A stretch of DNA of 64,000 nt from Pseudomonadota bacterium (GTDB taxonomy: Bacteria; Campylobacterota; Campylobacteria; Campylobacterales; Sulfurimonadaceae), in contig JAZDQA010000010.1 in NCBI GenBank assembly GCA_043797085.1, forward strand, positions 1 to 64,000, given 5' to 3'. This document shows positions 38,372-49,463 of the stretch, in pieces. Within the stretch, counting starts at the first letter, position 1; every line of letters starts with the position of its first letter. A program made the translations under genes and the position numbers. The notes under the pieces were generated by a model. That model made no database searches. It was not told the DNA's origin and saw only the letters and a list, made by a program, of their open reading frames with translations.

Positions 38372-39436
38372 ATGTATTTAGTTTTGGAATCATTTTGGGA
38401 ATTGAGTATCGATATGGGAATTTACATCCTTTTCGGTCTATTGGCAGCAGGGGTATTGCATCAACTGATAAGTGAACAGTGGATACAAAAACATTTAGGT
38501 TCCGATACCCACGGCTCTGTCTATAAAGCAGCCCTATTTGGGACACCTCTTCCGCTATGCTCATGCAGTGTTATCCCTTTCGCCGCATCACTTCGACGTA
38601 ACGGAGCTTCCAAAGGCGCAACACTCTCCTTTTTGATCTCTACTCCGATCACGGGAGTTGATTCGATACTGGCAACATTTGGAATGTTCGGATGGGTATT
38701 CACCCTCTACCGCGTTTTTACTTCCGTTGTCATAGCGATTGCGGCAGGGATACTGATGAATATCTTTGAACCCAAAGAAGCTGTAAAAAATGGGTTTTCG
38801 TTCACAGCGATAGCTCCGAAAATGACTCCAACGATTACCCATATAACTAAAACAGAAGATAAAAAGCCGTTTTCGGTAGCAAGTGTTTTTCAGTACGGAT
38901 TAATAACCCTCTTAGGAAGCTTCAGTAAACCTCTCTTTTGGGGTCTTTTGCTTGGTGCTTTTATTACCGCAGCTATTCCCTCCAATCTCCACGAACTCTT
39001 TAATGAAAATCGATTTTTAGGCTATCTTATAGCCGTCGCAATCGCCGCACCCATGTACGTGTGTGCTACCGCATCACTTCCCATAGCCGCATCACTCATT
39101 ATCGCCGGAGTTTCACCGGGTGCTGCATTTATCTTCCTCAGTGCGGGACCCGCTACCAATACGGTGACGATGGGGGTTGTCAAATCGATGCTGGGGATAC
39201 GGGCGTTAGTGATTTACCTTAGCGTAATCGCCATCGGGAGTATTGCATTCGGTGCCTCTATCGATGTGCTTTTTGAGTCGCTTTCTATCAATATGAATGT
39301 AAATTTGCATGAGCAACACGGAATTATCGAAGAGAGTGCAGCCATTCTCCTCTTAGGACTAATAGGATGGCACCTCATACGCCGATTATTTGAAAAAAAA
39401 GATAAAAGCTGCACCGGAGGATCGTGCTGTTCATAA
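38372..39436 (+). CDS. ArsP/DUF318-type permease (SO_0444-like metal efflux)
   Basis: PLPLCSCSVIP, MYVCATASLP, AGPATN; C-terminal SC..GSCC. Confidence 0.88.
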   Translation: MYLVLESFWELSIDMGIYILFGLLAAGVLHQLISEQWIQKHLGSDTHGSVYKAALFGTPLPLCSCSVIPFAASLRRNGASKGATLSFLISTPITGVDSILATFGMFGWVFTLYRVFTSVVIAIAAGILMNIFEPKEAVKNGFSFTAIAPKMTPTITHITKTEDKKPFSVASVFQYGLITLLGSFSKPLFWGLLLGAFITAAIPSNLHELFNENRFLGYLIAVAIAAPMYVCATASLPIAASLIIAGVSPGAAFIFLSAGPATNTVTMGVVKSMLGIRALVIYLSVIAIGSIAFGASIDVLFESLSINMNVNLHEQHGIIEESAAILLLGLIGWHLIRRLFEKKDKSCTGGSCCS

Positions 39437-39501
39437 AAAAGCACCCTAATGATTCGGGGCTTTGTCCGCTATAATTGCACACTTATTTTTCAGGACTCCC
39501 C

Positions 39502-40059
39502 GTGAACGAAACTCTTCTTATCCTCGCTGTGGCTTTGGCTATGGACTCTGTCGCCGTTTCAATCGCAATCGGTTCAAAATACAAAGATCTTTACCTCTCC
39601 AAAATCCTCTTTAGCGCAAGCGTTTTCGGTTTCTTCCAAGGAGCCATGCCAATAGCGGGATATTTCATCGGAATCAGCTTTGCGCAGTATGTTCAATCAT
39701 TCGATCACTGGATTGCTTTTGTCCTTCTCGTAGGGCTTGGTGGAAAAATGGTGTATGAAGCGTATAAAAATGAGTTTGATGAAGAGGTAACCGATCTCTC
39801 AACCAAAACCCTCATCACCTTAGCGATTGCGACCAGTATCGATGCGATGGCGGTCGGCGTAACCTTTGCTTTTTTACAAACCGATATCTATACAGCAGTA
39901 GGTGTGATTGCACTGGTCACATTTATTCTTTGTGTAGCAGCGGTATACATAGGGAAAAAACTAGGTTCGCTATTAGAGAGCAAAGCGGAAATGCTGGGGG
40001 GAATCATTCTTATCGGTTTAGGATGTAAAATTCTTCTTGAACATACCGGATGGCTTTAA
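39502..40059 (+). CDS. mntP: Manganese efflux pump MntP
   Basis: ALAMDSVAVS, FQGAMP, DHWIAF, ATSIDAMAVG. Confidence 0.92.
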   Translation: MNETLLILAVALAMDSVAVSIAIGSKYKDLYLSKILFSASVFGFFQGAMPIAGYFIGISFAQYVQSFDHWIAFVLLVGLGGKMVYEAYKNEFDEEVTDLSTKTLITLAIATSIDAMAVGVTFAFLQTDIYTAVGVIALVTFILCVAAVYIGKKLGSLLESKAEMLGGIILIGLGCKILLEHTGWL

Positions 40060-40062
40060 TGA

Positions 40063-40425
40063 TTACCATCCGTCCGTAGCATGATTATCGTGTTTTGATT
40101 TTTTGTACCGTGCGGCATTGACCCGTTTTTCAAGCTGATTTTGCGCGTAAAAAAGTTCTTCTTTGATCGTTTTGATCTCTTCATCACTGTGCCGAAAATT
40201 TAAGATTTTCTGTCCCAGTCCTTCAAGCTCCATGTACTCATCTTTGTAGAGCTTAACTGCTTCATTCTTCTCTAAAAAACGGAAATTCATGTCCACTTTT
40301 TGATCGTACTGCTCTTTGGTCGGATTATCACTTTTTGCCAAATACGACAATATTCCATTCACAAAACGACCAAGCAGTCGAATGTAACGGAGTCGTTTTG
40401 CATTTTCTTCTTTTGGTGCGCCCAT
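40063..40425 (-). CDS. Hypothetical protein
   Basis: 120-aa helical ORF with SD (gagg) and a basic C-terminus. Confidence 0.7.
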   Translation of the reverse strand: MGAPKEENAKRLRYIRLLGRFVNGILSYLAKSDNPTKEQYDQKVDMNFRFLEKNEAVKLYKDEYMELEGLGQKILNFRHSDEEIKTIKEELFYAQNQLEKRVNAARYKKSKHDNHATDGW

Positions 40426-40486
40426 ATTGCCTCAGTTAACCTTCATTGGTTACAATTATATCTATTATTGACTAAAAGGTTTTTCG

Positions 40487-40888
40487 ATGAACAAATGGCT
40501 ACTTTCACTGCTTTTGGCAACCACCGCTTTGATGGCGGATTATACCGCACAACCCATCGATCAGAAGCTTCTAAATTCCAAGATCAAAATTATTGATATT
40601 CGCACTCCCAGTGAATGGAAAACGACAGGTCTGATCAAAGGTTCAATACCCATCATGTTTTTCGATGAGTACGGGAACTATAACTTAGAAGCTTTTTTGG
40701 GTGAATTGAATAAAAAAATACCTCAAAGGGAACGTTTTGCCATCATCTGTAACAGCGGAAGCCGATCTAAAATGTTGGGAACCCACTTGGGACAAAAAAT
40801 GGGCTACAACGTCATTGATCTTCAAGGTGGGATTCAATACGCGATTGCGAAAAAAATCCCTCTTGAGCCCTACAAACCCAAGCCCTAA
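40487..40888 (+). CDS. Periplasmic rhodanese-like sulfurtransferase
   Basis: IIDIRTPSEW..G.I.GS, ICNSGSRS, LQGGI. Confidence 0.9.
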   Translation: MNKWLLSLLLATTALMADYTAQPIDQKLLNSKIKIIDIRTPSEWKTTGLIKGSIPIMFFDEYGNYNLEAFLGELNKKIPQRERFAIICNSGSRSKMLGTHLGQKMGYNVIDLQGGIQYAIAKKIPLEPYKPKP

Positions 40889-40996
40889 ATGCTTCGATTT
40901 CTCTTTTTTTTCATCACACGTTTAATCGCTATTTTTCTACTTATTGCCCTCATCGCCGCTCTCGTTGGCGGAGGACTCTATTTGCTTTTATCGTAA
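40889..40996 (+). CDS. Possible 35-aa single-TM small protein
   Basis: ATG directly after the rhodanese stop; MLRFLFFFITRLIAIFLLIALIAALVGGGLYLLLS. Confidence 0.45.
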   Translation: MLRFLFFFITRLIAIFLLIALIAALVGGGLYLLLS

Positions 40997-41302
40997 AAAT
41001 TCCAATAGCTCAATGTACTCTTTTTCGATAACACTGAGGCTTTCAAGCATTTTGATTTCGCCAATCTCTGTATTTTCACTCAAAAATTCTCGTCGCCATT
41101 GAATATTGTCTTGCAACTCTTTAAGCCCAGTCGTTAAATATTCAACCATTTGCTCTATCTCTGCTCCTCGAAGCAATCCCTCTGTATCTGCTTTGTAAAA
41201 CAATAGGGGGAAATCTCCCATCTCACCTGAGAAACGAAAGTCTTCAGCAATGTTGTGAATAATCGCCTTAATCCGCTCTCCCTTAATGATCCGCTTGGAC
41301 AT
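40988..41302 (-). CDS. Hypothetical protein
   Basis: 104-aa ORF with SD gaggag. Confidence 0.7.
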   Translation of the reverse strand: MSKRIIKGERIKAIIHNIAEDFRFSGEMGDFPLLFYKADTEGLLRGAEIEQMVEYLTTGLKELQDNIQWRREFLSENTEIGEIKMLESLSVIEKEYIELLEFLR

Positions 41303-41398
41303 CTTTTCTCCTCGATTTTTATTTTTTTATTCTATTCTTTTTTGGTATAGGAGTTGCTTAGAATAAACATCTATGCCCCAAAAGGTGCACTACTGTTT

Positions 41399-42607
41399 AT
41401 GGAATCCTTACAGCTTAAAACCAAACTCTTATATTTGCTTCTGAGTGTCGCAGCAGGGATTGTAGTCGTTGGATTTGTTGGGTACATCAATCTTCTTACC
41501 ATGAAAAAAAATGTCGATACGCTCTATTTTGGCTCACTCATTCCACTAGGTGAACTAAGCTCCATCAACTCCGCATACCATCATGATCTCGAAGCCGGTG
41601 TCTACCGATGGAAAGAGGGTCTTATAGGAAATGAAGATTTAGCTCAAACTATCACCTTAGGTCTTGAACATGTCGATCAGATGTGGGCTAAATATTTATC
41701 GCATCACAAGCGTCCCGAAGAGCTTCCTTATATCCATTATACCGAGCAACAAATTGAGAATATGAAGCACTATTTTGAGGAAATACGTTCTCTGACGCTT
41801 AACAACACCTCACGATCTGCCATTTCAGTGATCACTCTTGCAGACAACACCACCACGATTCACAACACTGTTTCTCAGCTCATTGCCTATGAAACCGCCG
41901 CAGCTACTTACGAGCGTTCTCTTCTTCTCACTCATCATCAAAATTCACTTATGCAGCTTGCCATGATGTTAGGAGTTATTTTACTGGGAGTTATGACCTT
42001 TGCATGGCGTATTTTTATGCAAATAGAACAACAGCAGCAGCAACTTCTTCAATCCACAGAAGCACTCAAACATCTCAATATCAAACTTGAACAGGCCTCC
42101 TATACCGATACCCTCACAGGGATTTTTAACCGACGCTATTTCAATCTAGTATACGAGCGCGAATTCAAACGAGCATTACGTGCCAATAAATCCATAACCT
42201 TTATGATGATTGATATCGATTTTTTCAAACAATACAACGATACATACGGGCACTTGCAAGGAGATATCGCGCTGCAAAACGTTGCTCACATATTGAAAAC
42301 ATCCTTATTGCGCCCGGGAGATTTTGTCTTTCGTTTAGGAGGCGAAGAGTTTGGGATCATTCTCACCGAAACCGATTGCCCTAACGCTCGAAAAATGGGA
42401 GAAAAATTAAGATTCAATGTAGAATCCCTCAACATGGAGCACAAAGGAAATAAAAGCTGTGGTCTTCTCACCATCTCAGCAGGTGCGATTTGCATTGTAC
42501 CTACCGAATCAATGAACAACGAATCGCTGTTACACAGTGCCGACACTAACCTCTATACAGCCAAAGAGAGAGGACGTAATATGGTTGTTTTTAGTAATTC
42601 ATTATAA
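41399..42607 (+). CDS. Membrane diguanylate cyclase (four-helix sensor plus GGDEF)
   Basis: D.LTG..NRR, DIDFFK.YND.YGH..GD, RLGGEEF, LY.AK..GRN. Confidence 0.93.
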   Translation: MESLQLKTKLLYLLLSVAAGIVVVGFVGYINLLTMKKNVDTLYFGSLIPLGELSSINSAYHHDLEAGVYRWKEGLIGNEDLAQTITLGLEHVDQMWAKYLSHHKRPEELPYIHYTEQQIENMKHYFEEIRSLTLNNTSRSAISVITLADNTTTIHNTVSQLIAYETAAATYERSLLLTHHQNSLMQLAMMLGVILLGVMTFAWRIFMQIEQQQQQLLQSTEALKHLNIKLEQASYTDTLTGIFNRRYFNLVYEREFKRALRANKSITFMMIDIDFFKQYNDTYGHLQGDIALQNVAHILKTSLLRPGDFVFRLGGEEFGIILTETDCPNARKMGEKLRFNVESLNMEHKGNKSCGLLTISAGAICIVPTESMNNESLLHSADTNLYTAKERGRNMVVFSNSL

Positions 42608-42663
42608 TCTGGTGCTATACAGCTTGAGTGATTTTCTTGATAATTCAAAAATGAATACGCTAA

Positions 42664-43005
42664 TTATAATTTTGGATTTTTAAATCTAAACCCTATTTTT
42701 TCAAGCTGTTCACGTAACTTTGGAGCAATTTCGCCTTGAAACTCCATCCAGCCTTCTTTATACGCACCACCGCAAGCAAGAGATTTTTTGAGGATTGAGA
42801 GATTTTTTTGAGCATCCGAATCACTAAGGCTAAATGGTCCAACGAGCGTTACTACTTTCCCTTTACGTTTCTCTTTTTGAAAAACGAGTCGATGTGCGCT
42901 AACGTCGAGAATAGTAAGTGTTTTAGCCGCTTTTTCTTCTTCCAGCTTCCATCCATCATCCCAAGATGTCCCAATATCAAAGGATAGTTTTTCACCCCTC
43001 GCCAT
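42664..43005 (-). CDS. SUI1/YciH-family translation initiation factor
   Basis: EKRKGKVVTLV, LKKSLACGG, EFQGE. Confidence 0.85.
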   Translation of the reverse strand: MARGEKLSFDIGTSWDDGWKLEEEKAAKTLTILDVSAHRLVFQKEKRKGKVVTLVGPFSLSDSDAQKNLSILKKSLACGGAYKEGWMEFQGEIAPKLREQLEKIGFRFKNPKL

Positions 43006-43207
43006 TGGAATCTCCCATGTACACAAAACGCTTTGTCCCGTCTTCAAGCAGCCCATCGAACATCTCAAGCGGTCGTATCCACAATCCTTGTTCACCATAC
43101 AGTGCTCGATAGACAACGAGAAGTTCTTCGGTTTCTGAGTGCTTTGCAACGCCCATCACCTCATACTCATTGCCTTTATAGTGGAGGTATTTCCCATTTT
43201 TAAGCAC
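42992..43207 (-). CDS. DUF1653 domain protein
   Basis: GKY.HYKGN.YEV...A.HSET.E..VVYRALYG...LWIRP..MF...RF. Confidence 0.9.
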   Translation of the reverse strand: MLKNGKYLHYKGNEYEVMGVAKHSETEELLVVYRALYGEQGLWIRPLEMFDGLLEDGTKRFVYMGDSNGEG

Positions 43208-44033
43208 GAATTACCTTTTGTATCAACGCGCTCACACCTTTAACGTCCAGCTTATTACTGCTTGCCATCATTAAAATCGGATTCATACAGTAAAGATTAT
43301 TATCATACACTACAACCATAATTTCATCGTTCTCTTGAAGGAAATTAGTTTCACCAAAATGGGTATAGCGAGTCGCACCGATACTTATGATTGCTTGTTT
43401 TGGATAGCCGGCTTCTTTTATATATTCGCTGACAGGCTCTAGTGGTCCCGTATCTTTTTGGGTATTGATTTGGTTACTCATCCACTCAGTGAGCTTATCG
43501 TAAAAATAGCTGTACCCTGTAAGTTCAACATCTTCACCATAACGCATCAGCATCCCATCACGTCGTAAAAACGAAGCAATCCGATAACTGTCCATCACAC
43601 CACCCCGCCCAAAATAATCAATAGGAATAAGAGTCTCTGATAGTCCTTTGGAACATTCTCCCCAATTTTTTTTGTGGCTGATTTTAGGAGCTCCTTCGAT
43701 GCGTAAAGAACAATCATTATAGGCACCGAAAAATTTTGGAGTAATTGAAGTAATGTTGCCAAGTATATCGTAGGTTAAATCACAGATCAATGCCACTTCT
43801 GGTTCTATTTGGACATTGCATGGATTGGTTGGGAGAATGATCGTGTCGCAGCTGAGGGGATACGTCCCTAAAAAATCGCTACGGTTGGGGATATAAAAAG
43901 GGAACATCCCTTTGGGACCGTTGGGATCATCGGTGATGATATCTTTGAAATCAGCACTCTCACCTGCTTGTTCGAGATGAAGGGCAAAGTTTCCCGCAAC
44001 ACCTAACCCAATAAAATTTTTATAATTCGCCAC
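43200..44033 (-). CDS. DUF5718-like protein
   Basis: GVAGNFA.HLEQAGE, PKGMFPFY, QIEPEVAL, NDCS.R, KKNWG; GTG start at 44033. Confidence 0.75.
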   Translation of the reverse strand: MANYKNFIGLGVAGNFALHLEQAGESADFKDIITDDPNGPKGMFPFYIPNRSDFLGTYPLSCDTIILPTNPCNVQIEPEVALICDLTYDILGNITSITPKFFGAYNDCSLRIEGAPKISHKKNWGECSKGLSETLIPIDYFGRGGVMDSYRIASFLRRDGMLMRYGEDVELTGYSYFYDKLTEWMSNQINTQKDTGPLEPVSEYIKEAGYPKQAIISIGATRYTHFGETNFLQENDEIMVVVYDNNLYCMNPILMMASSNKLDVKGVSALIQKVIRA

Positions 44034-45624
44034 TTGCTTTTGCCTCAGCAAACTCTTCGTACGAACCTTTGAAGTCGGTATAAGTTCCATCAAGGTGCAA
44101 TTCAATAATGCGGTCTGCAAATGCGTCAAGAAGCTCACGGTCATGGCTCACACAAATAACATTCCCTTCAAAGTCGAGCAATGCTTCACCCAATGCGATA
44201 ATCGCTTCAAGGTCAAGGTGATTGGTAGGCTCATCGAGTACAATGAAATTTCCCCCCTCAAGCATCATTTTGGAGAGCATCATACGATGTTTTTCTCCCC
44301 CTGAAATCTTCTCAACACTCTTCTCTTGCTGTTCGCCGTTAAAAAGCATTCGTCCTAGACAGTTACGGATCTCAGAGATTTCACGTTTTGGATCAAATCC
44401 ACGAAGCCAATCGTACAGCGTACCGTCGCCTTTGATCTTATCGGTCGTATCTTGGGGAAAATAGCTATTTTCAATCGTCGCGCCCCATGTGACACTTCCG
44501 CTCGTAGGTTTAATTTCTTCCATAAGAATTTTGCACAAGGTCGATTTACCTGCACCATTGGCACCGATAATCGCGATTTTTTCACCCGGGGATACCAGAA
44601 TATCAATATTATGCAAAACATTCAAATCGCCATAACTGTGAGAAATATTCGCCACACGCAACGCTTCGTCCCCCATAGGACGCTTCGCCTTAAAGACGAT
44701 GCTTGGATCACGACGGCTTGATGGCTTGATGTCTTCAATACTCATTTTATCAAGCTTCTTTTGACGAGAAGTTGCTTGTTTGGCTTTCGATGCATTCGCA
44801 GAGAAACGGCGAACAAAGGCTTCAAGTTGATCTTTTTCTTTAACTTGCTTATCGCGATCCAATTGCATTTGATTCGCCATAACAGTAGACGCTAAATACC
44901 AATCGTCATACGTTCCAGTAAATTCACGGATTTTTTGGAAATCGACATCGAGGATATTGGTTACAACCGCATTGATAAAGTGACGGTCATGCGAGACAAT
45001 GACCAATGTCCCTGCATGGCGCTGAAGTTCACGCTCCAGCCATCCGATTGTCTCGATATCCAAGTTATTCGTCGGTTCATCGAGGAACAAAACGTCCGGT
45101 TTTGGATACAGCACTTGCGCTAACAAAACTTTGAATTTTTCGGATGAAGGAAGAGTTGACATAAGTTCTTGGTGAAACTCAGCACTGATTCCCACCGTTT
45201 CCAAAATTTTTGCAATTTGGACATCGTATTCGTAAGTCGGATCTTCTTCAACAGAAATCATTTCAAGCTCTGCAAGACGATCATTGGTTTTATCGTCCTC
45301 AAAATCACCAGTAGTGTAAAGAATTTCTTTCTCTTTGATCGCATCATAAAGACGTTTATTTCCAAATAAAACGGTATCAGCGATGGTAAAATCTTCATAA
45401 GCAAACTGATTTTGCCCCAAAATACCTACTTTTAGTCCCGGCTCAATAGAGACGTCACCTTCGTAATCTTTAATCTTACCGCTAAGAATATTCAAAAATG
45501 TTGTTTTTCCTGCACCATTGGCTCCGATGAGACCATAACGCTTATTACGGTCAAGCTTAAGGTTAATCCCCTCAAATAAAACTCGACTTCCAAAACGCAT
45601 TGCTAATTTTGTGACTTGTACCAT
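44020..45624 (-). CDS. ABC-F family ATPase (YbiT-like)
   Basis: Two ABC domains with no TM segments; GANGAGK twice, LDEPTN twice, FSANASKAKQATSR linker. Confidence 0.93.
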   Translation of the reverse strand: MVQVTKLAMRFGSRVLFEGINLKLDRNKRYGLIGANGAGKTTFLNILSGKIKDYEGDVSIEPGLKVGILGQNQFAYEDFTIADTVLFGNKRLYDAIKEKEILYTTGDFEDDKTNDRLAELEMISVEEDPTYEYDVQIAKILETVGISAEFHQELMSTLPSSEKFKVLLAQVLYPKPDVLFLDEPTNNLDIETIGWLERELQRHAGTLVIVSHDRHFINAVVTNILDVDFQKIREFTGTYDDWYLASTVMANQMQLDRDKQVKEKDQLEAFVRRFSANASKAKQATSRQKKLDKMSIEDIKPSSRRDPSIVFKAKRPMGDEALRVANISHSYGDLNVLHNIDILVSPGEKIAIIGANGAGKSTLCKILMEEIKPTSGSVTWGATIENSYFPQDTTDKIKGDGTLYDWLRGFDPKREISEIRNCLGRMLFNGEQQEKSVEKISGGEKHRMMLSKMMLEGGNFIVLDEPTNHLDLEAIIALGEALLDFEGNVICVSHDRELLDAFADRIIELHLDGTYTDFKGSYEEFAEAKASGEL

Positions 45625-45851
45625 GTATCAGACTCTCTTTTTTATCATTGTTTAATAGCGCGATTATATCCAAGAGGAGATAAGAGGACGCTTTTATTAT
45701 TGATATAAGCTATTTGAATCATCATTAAGTATTATTCTTTGTGACTTTACGCTTCATTCACCTTTTTTAACATTAGCCTAAGATTCGAGCAGATAAAATA
45801 AGTCCTAAGGATTATGCTGGTTATAGTTCGATTTTTCTCACGGAGCACAAT

Positions 45852-46133
45852 GTGATACAAATTTATGTCGGGAATATTCCCTACGGCAAAGATGAAAACG
45901 ATCTTAAAGATCTTTTCGGACAATACGGTGAAGTTAGTTCAGTCAAATTCGTTAACGATAAAGAGACAGGACGTTTTCGTGGTTTCGGTTTTGTTGAAAT
46001 GGTAAACCAAGATGAGGCGAACAAGGCAATCACTGCACTTGAAAATAGTGATTTTGGCGGACGTACCCTTCGTGTCAATGAAGCACGTCCTCGTGCTCCA
46101 CGCCCTCCACGTGAGCGTAGCAACAACTGGTAA
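45852..46133 (+). CDS. RRM RNA-binding protein
   Basis: RNP2 IYVGNI, RNP1 RGFGFVEM, GRTLRVNEA. Confidence 0.94.
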   Translation: MIQIYVGNIPYGKDENDLKDLFGQYGEVSSVKFVNDKETGRFRGFGFVEMVNQDEANKAITALENSDFGGRTLRVNEARPRAPRPPRERSNNW

Positions 46134-46140
46134 AAGATAC

Positions 46141-46180
46141 TGAAGCTCATTTATGGGCTTCACCCTGCCTTTCTTTTTTT
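46141..46180 (+). terminator. Probable terminator
   Basis: TGAAGCTCAT-TT-ATGGGCTTCA hairpin followed shortly by a T-rich tract. Confidence 0.5.
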
Positions 46181-46221
46181 CTCACCTCTATACTCAATAA
46201 TATTTTAATTTTGGACAAAAA

Positions 46222-46425
46222 ATGACTTTTACTTTAACCGATGAAAACATCGAACTTACTAAACTTTTGAAGGTATTAGACCTCGTAGATTCAGGCGGAC
46301 AAGCCAAAATGCTTATCGATGAAGGACACGTTAAACGAAACGGAGAAGTCGAAACACGCAAGCGTGCTAAAATACTCCGAGGTGAACAAATTCAAATTGG
46401 GGATGTCATTATCACGGTCAATTGA
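46222..46425 (+). CDS. S4-domain RNA-binding protein (YaaA/YbcJ type)
   Basis: IEL.KLLK......SGGQAK..I..G.V..NGEVETRKRAK. Confidence 0.92.
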   Translation: MTFTLTDENIELTKLLKVLDLVDSGGQAKMLIDEGHVKRNGEVETRKRAKILRGEQIQIGDVIITVN

Positions 46426-46496
46426 TTATTAATGGAGTTTTAACTATAATTATATATCTTAAATACTCATGTAGACCAAAAAGGTTTTAGTAACCC

Positions 46497-47822
46497 ATGA
46501 AAAATAAAAAAATGATGGTCGTTGGCTTTATCAGCGCAATCGCAGTTAGTCTTGCTCTTTCTACTTCATTGATTGCCCAAGGTGATATGCAGCCTCTTCC
46601 TCCAGAGGCTTCTAATGAGGCATCACGACTTCAATCACTGGCAAAATTTACCAAAGTTCTTAGCATTGTCGAGCAATACAATGTTGATAGTCTTGGTGTT
46701 GATCAACTCATTGATAAATCCCTACAGGGACTTCTTTCCAACCTTGATGCCCATTCTAATTTTTTGGATAAGAAAAGCTTTGAGTCTCTCAAAAGTCAAA
46801 CCGATGGTGAATTCGGCGGTTTAGGGATTACGGTCGGTATGCGGGACAATGCACTTACCGTCATCTCCCCTATCGAAGGGACACCTGCTGATAAAGCGGG
46901 GATTAAAGCAGGAGATATTATCCTCAAGATCAATGACAAATCTACTTTGGGCATAACCATCGATGATGCAGTAGGTCTTATGCGAGGAGTACCAAAAACA
47001 CCGATTAATTTAACCGTTGTCCGTAAAGGTGCAGGTGAACCGCTCAAATTTCGTATCATACGGGACATCATCACCGTTGAGTCCGTTTATGCTCGTACCA
47101 TTGATAACAATATTCTTTACATTCGTGTGACCAGTTTTGATAAAAAAGTAGCCCATGACGTCAAAGCAGCCCTCAAAAAACATGCCGCAAAAAGTCAAGG
47201 TATCATTCTCGACCTTCGCAATAATCCGGGTGGGCTGCTTGATCAAGCCGTTGAACTGACTGATTTATTCGTGGATGAAGGGGTAATCGTTTCTCAAAAA
47301 GGACGTAACAAAAGCGATGATATTAGTTACAGTGCCACTAAAAAAGCAACTGTAACTCACCTCCCTCTTGTTGTGCTTGTCAACGAAGGATCTGCCAGTG
47401 CTTCAGAAATCGTAAGCGGTGCACTACAAGATTTGAAACGCGGTGTGATTGTCGGAACCAAAACATTCGGAAAAGGGTCTGTCCAAGTCGTCATGCCCAT
47501 CACGGATAGCGAAGCAATCAAGCTAACCATTGCTCGCTACTATCTTCCTAGCGGACGTACCATTCAAGCCGTCGGCGTTATCCCGGATGTTGAAGTAGAT
47601 GCAGGTGAAGTCAAAAAACATGAAAATAATTTTGATATTAAAGAAGCCGATTTGAAAAAACATCTTGAAGGCGAACTTGAAAAAACCAACGGCATGGTAG
47701 ATGTGACTGAAACCAATGCTACCAACAAAACCATTATTACAAAAGCTCAACTCACAAAAGATATGCAACTCAAAGAGGGTGTCGGCATCCTCAAAGCTCT
47801 CATCATAGTTAAAGGAAAATAG
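46497..47822 (+). CDS. ctpA: S41 carboxyl-terminal processing protease
   Basis: [34 protein letters not shown]. Confidence 0.94.
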   Translation: MKNKKMMVVGFISAIAVSLALSTSLIAQGDMQPLPPEASNEASRLQSLAKFTKVLSIVEQYNVDSLGVDQLIDKSLQGLLSNLDAHSNFLDKKSFESLKSQTDGEFGGLGITVGMRDNALTVISPIEGTPADKAGIKAGDIILKINDKSTLGITIDDAVGLMRGVPKTPINLTVVRKGAGEPLKFRIIRDIITVESVYARTIDNNILYIRVTSFDKKVAHDVKAALKKHAAKSQGIILDLRNNPGGLLDQAVELTDLFVDEGVIVSQKGRNKSDDISYSATKKATVTHLPLVVLVNEGSASASEIVSGALQDLKRGVIVGTKTFGKGSVQVVMPITDSEAIKLTIARYYLPSGRTIQAVGVIPDVEVDAGEVKKHENNFDIKEADLKKHLEGELEKTNGMVDVTETNATNKTIITKAQLTKDMQLKEGVGILKALIIVKGK

Positions 47823-47824
47823 TC

Positions 47825-48535
47825 ATGGAAAAACGCGAACTCATTTACGAAGGAAAGGCAAAACGCCTTTTTAATACCGACGATGCCAATTTGGTTATTG
47901 CAGAATTTAAAGACGATTTGACCGCTTTTAATGGCGCTAAAAAAGACAGTGAAGCCGGTAAAGGGGCATTAAATAATAAAATTTCAACCGAACTTTTTAA
48001 AATGCTTGCTCAAAACGGCGTTGAGTCTCATTTTGTAGAGATGCTCGATGATACAAATATGCTTTGTAAAAAAGTTGATATCATCATGATCGAAGTCATT
48101 GTTCGCAATATTGCAACCGGAAGCCTAAGTAAGAATCTTGGTATCGCTGACGGTACAGTACTGCCTTTCACATTAGTAGAATTTGATTACAAAAATGATG
48201 CACTTGGTGATCCAAAGCTGAATGACCAACACTGCTTGATTCTTAATCTTGTCAAAAATGAAGCGGAACTCGATCAACTTCGAGCTATGGCGCGTCAAAT
48301 CAATGATATTTTACGTCCTTATTTCCATACACGCGGACTCAATCTTGTTGACTTCAAGCTCGAGTTCGGTCGTGATGAAAATGGCAAAATTATCCTTGCG
48401 GATGAGATCAGTCCCGACAACTGCCGTTTTTGGGATTTAGAGACGGGTGAAAAAATGGACAAAGACCGTTTTCGTCAAGGAATGGGTGGACTAAAAGTTG
48501 CCTACGAAGAAGTATTAAATAGAATTTTGGGGTAA
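47825..48535 (+). CDS. purC: SAICAR synthase
   Basis: [33 protein letters not shown]. Confidence 0.97.
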   Translation: MEKRELIYEGKAKRLFNTDDANLVIAEFKDDLTAFNGAKKDSEAGKGALNNKISTELFKMLAQNGVESHFVEMLDDTNMLCKKVDIIMIEVIVRNIATGSLSKNLGIADGTVLPFTLVEFDYKNDALGDPKLNDQHCLILNLVKNEAELDQLRAMARQINDILRPYFHTRGLNLVDFKLEFGRDENGKIILADEISPDNCRFWDLETGEKMDKDRFRQGMGGLKVAYEEVLNRILG

Positions 48536-48537
48536 TC

Positions 48538-48780
48538 ATGAAAGCAATCGTCAATGTATTTTTAAAAAATGGAGTTCTTGACTCTCAGGGAAAAGCGGTT
48601 TTACACGCACTTAGCGGCCATGGATTCGAGAGCGTTCGTGACGTTCGTGTTGGTAAGCAAATTATCATTGAGCTCGACGAGAGCGATAGCGCAGCAGCAA
48701 AAGAAAAAGTAGCCCACATGTGTGAAGAACTTTTGGCCAATACCGTTATCGAAGATTATGAGATTGAGATTATTTCATGA
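48538..48780 (+). CDS. purS: FGAM synthase subunit PurS
   Basis: LD.QGKAV, VRVGK, LLANTVIEDY. Confidence 0.96.
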   Translation: MKAIVNVFLKNGVLDSQGKAVLHALSGHGFESVRDVRVGKQIIIELDESDSAAAKEKVAHMCEELLANTVIEDYEIEIIS

Positions 48781-49463
48781 GTGCAAAGATAAAAGTAGGT
48801 ATTGTACAGTTCCCGGGAACAAACTGTGAATACGATACACAGCACGCATTTGATGTACTTGGCTGCGAAACGGTAATCTTATGGCACAAAGAAGATGTTA
48901 TTCCCGATGGTACCGATTTAGTGGTTGTTGCGGGTGGTTTTAGCTATGGAGACTATCTTCGCAGCGGCGCCATTGCAAAAATGTCACCTATTATGAAAGC
49001 ACTTAAGCTCTATGCCGACGATGGTGGAAAAGTACTTGGAATTTGTAACGGTTTTCAAGTATTAACTGAGACGGGTCTTCTTCCGGGAGCACTTAAACGC
49101 AATGAAGGGCTCCATTTCATCTCACGCCATCATCACCTGAAAGTAATCTCCAATGACAATACGTTTTTACGTCATTGTGAAGCAAACGAAGTGGTTAATA
49201 TTCCCATCGCACATCATGATGGAAACTATTATATTGATGCCCAAGGACTAAATGAGCTTTACGCCAATCATCAAGTATTGTTACAATACACCGATGAAAA
49301 TGGCACTGTTGACAACCCAAACGGCTCGATTGACAGTATTGCAGGAATTTGTAATGTTAACAAAAATGTATTTGGATTGATGCCTCACCCTGAACGGGCA
49401 ATGGAATCATTACTTGGGAGCAACGATGGCCGTCGTATGCTTGAGGGCTTTTTATCCGCTTGA
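48777..49463 (+). CDS. purQ: FGAM synthase subunit PurQ
   Basis: FPGTNC, GGFSYGDYLR, GICNGFQ, MPHPER. Confidence 0.97.
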   Translation: MSAKIKVGIVQFPGTNCEYDTQHAFDVLGCETVILWHKEDVIPDGTDLVVVAGGFSYGDYLRSGAIAKMSPIMKALKLYADDGGKVLGICNGFQVLTETGLLPGALKRNEGLHFISRHHHLKVISNDNTFLRHCEANEVVNIPIAHHDGNYYIDAQGLNELYANHQVLLQYTDENGTVDNPNGSIDSIAGICNVNKNVFGLMPHPERAMESLLGSNDGRRMLEGFLSA

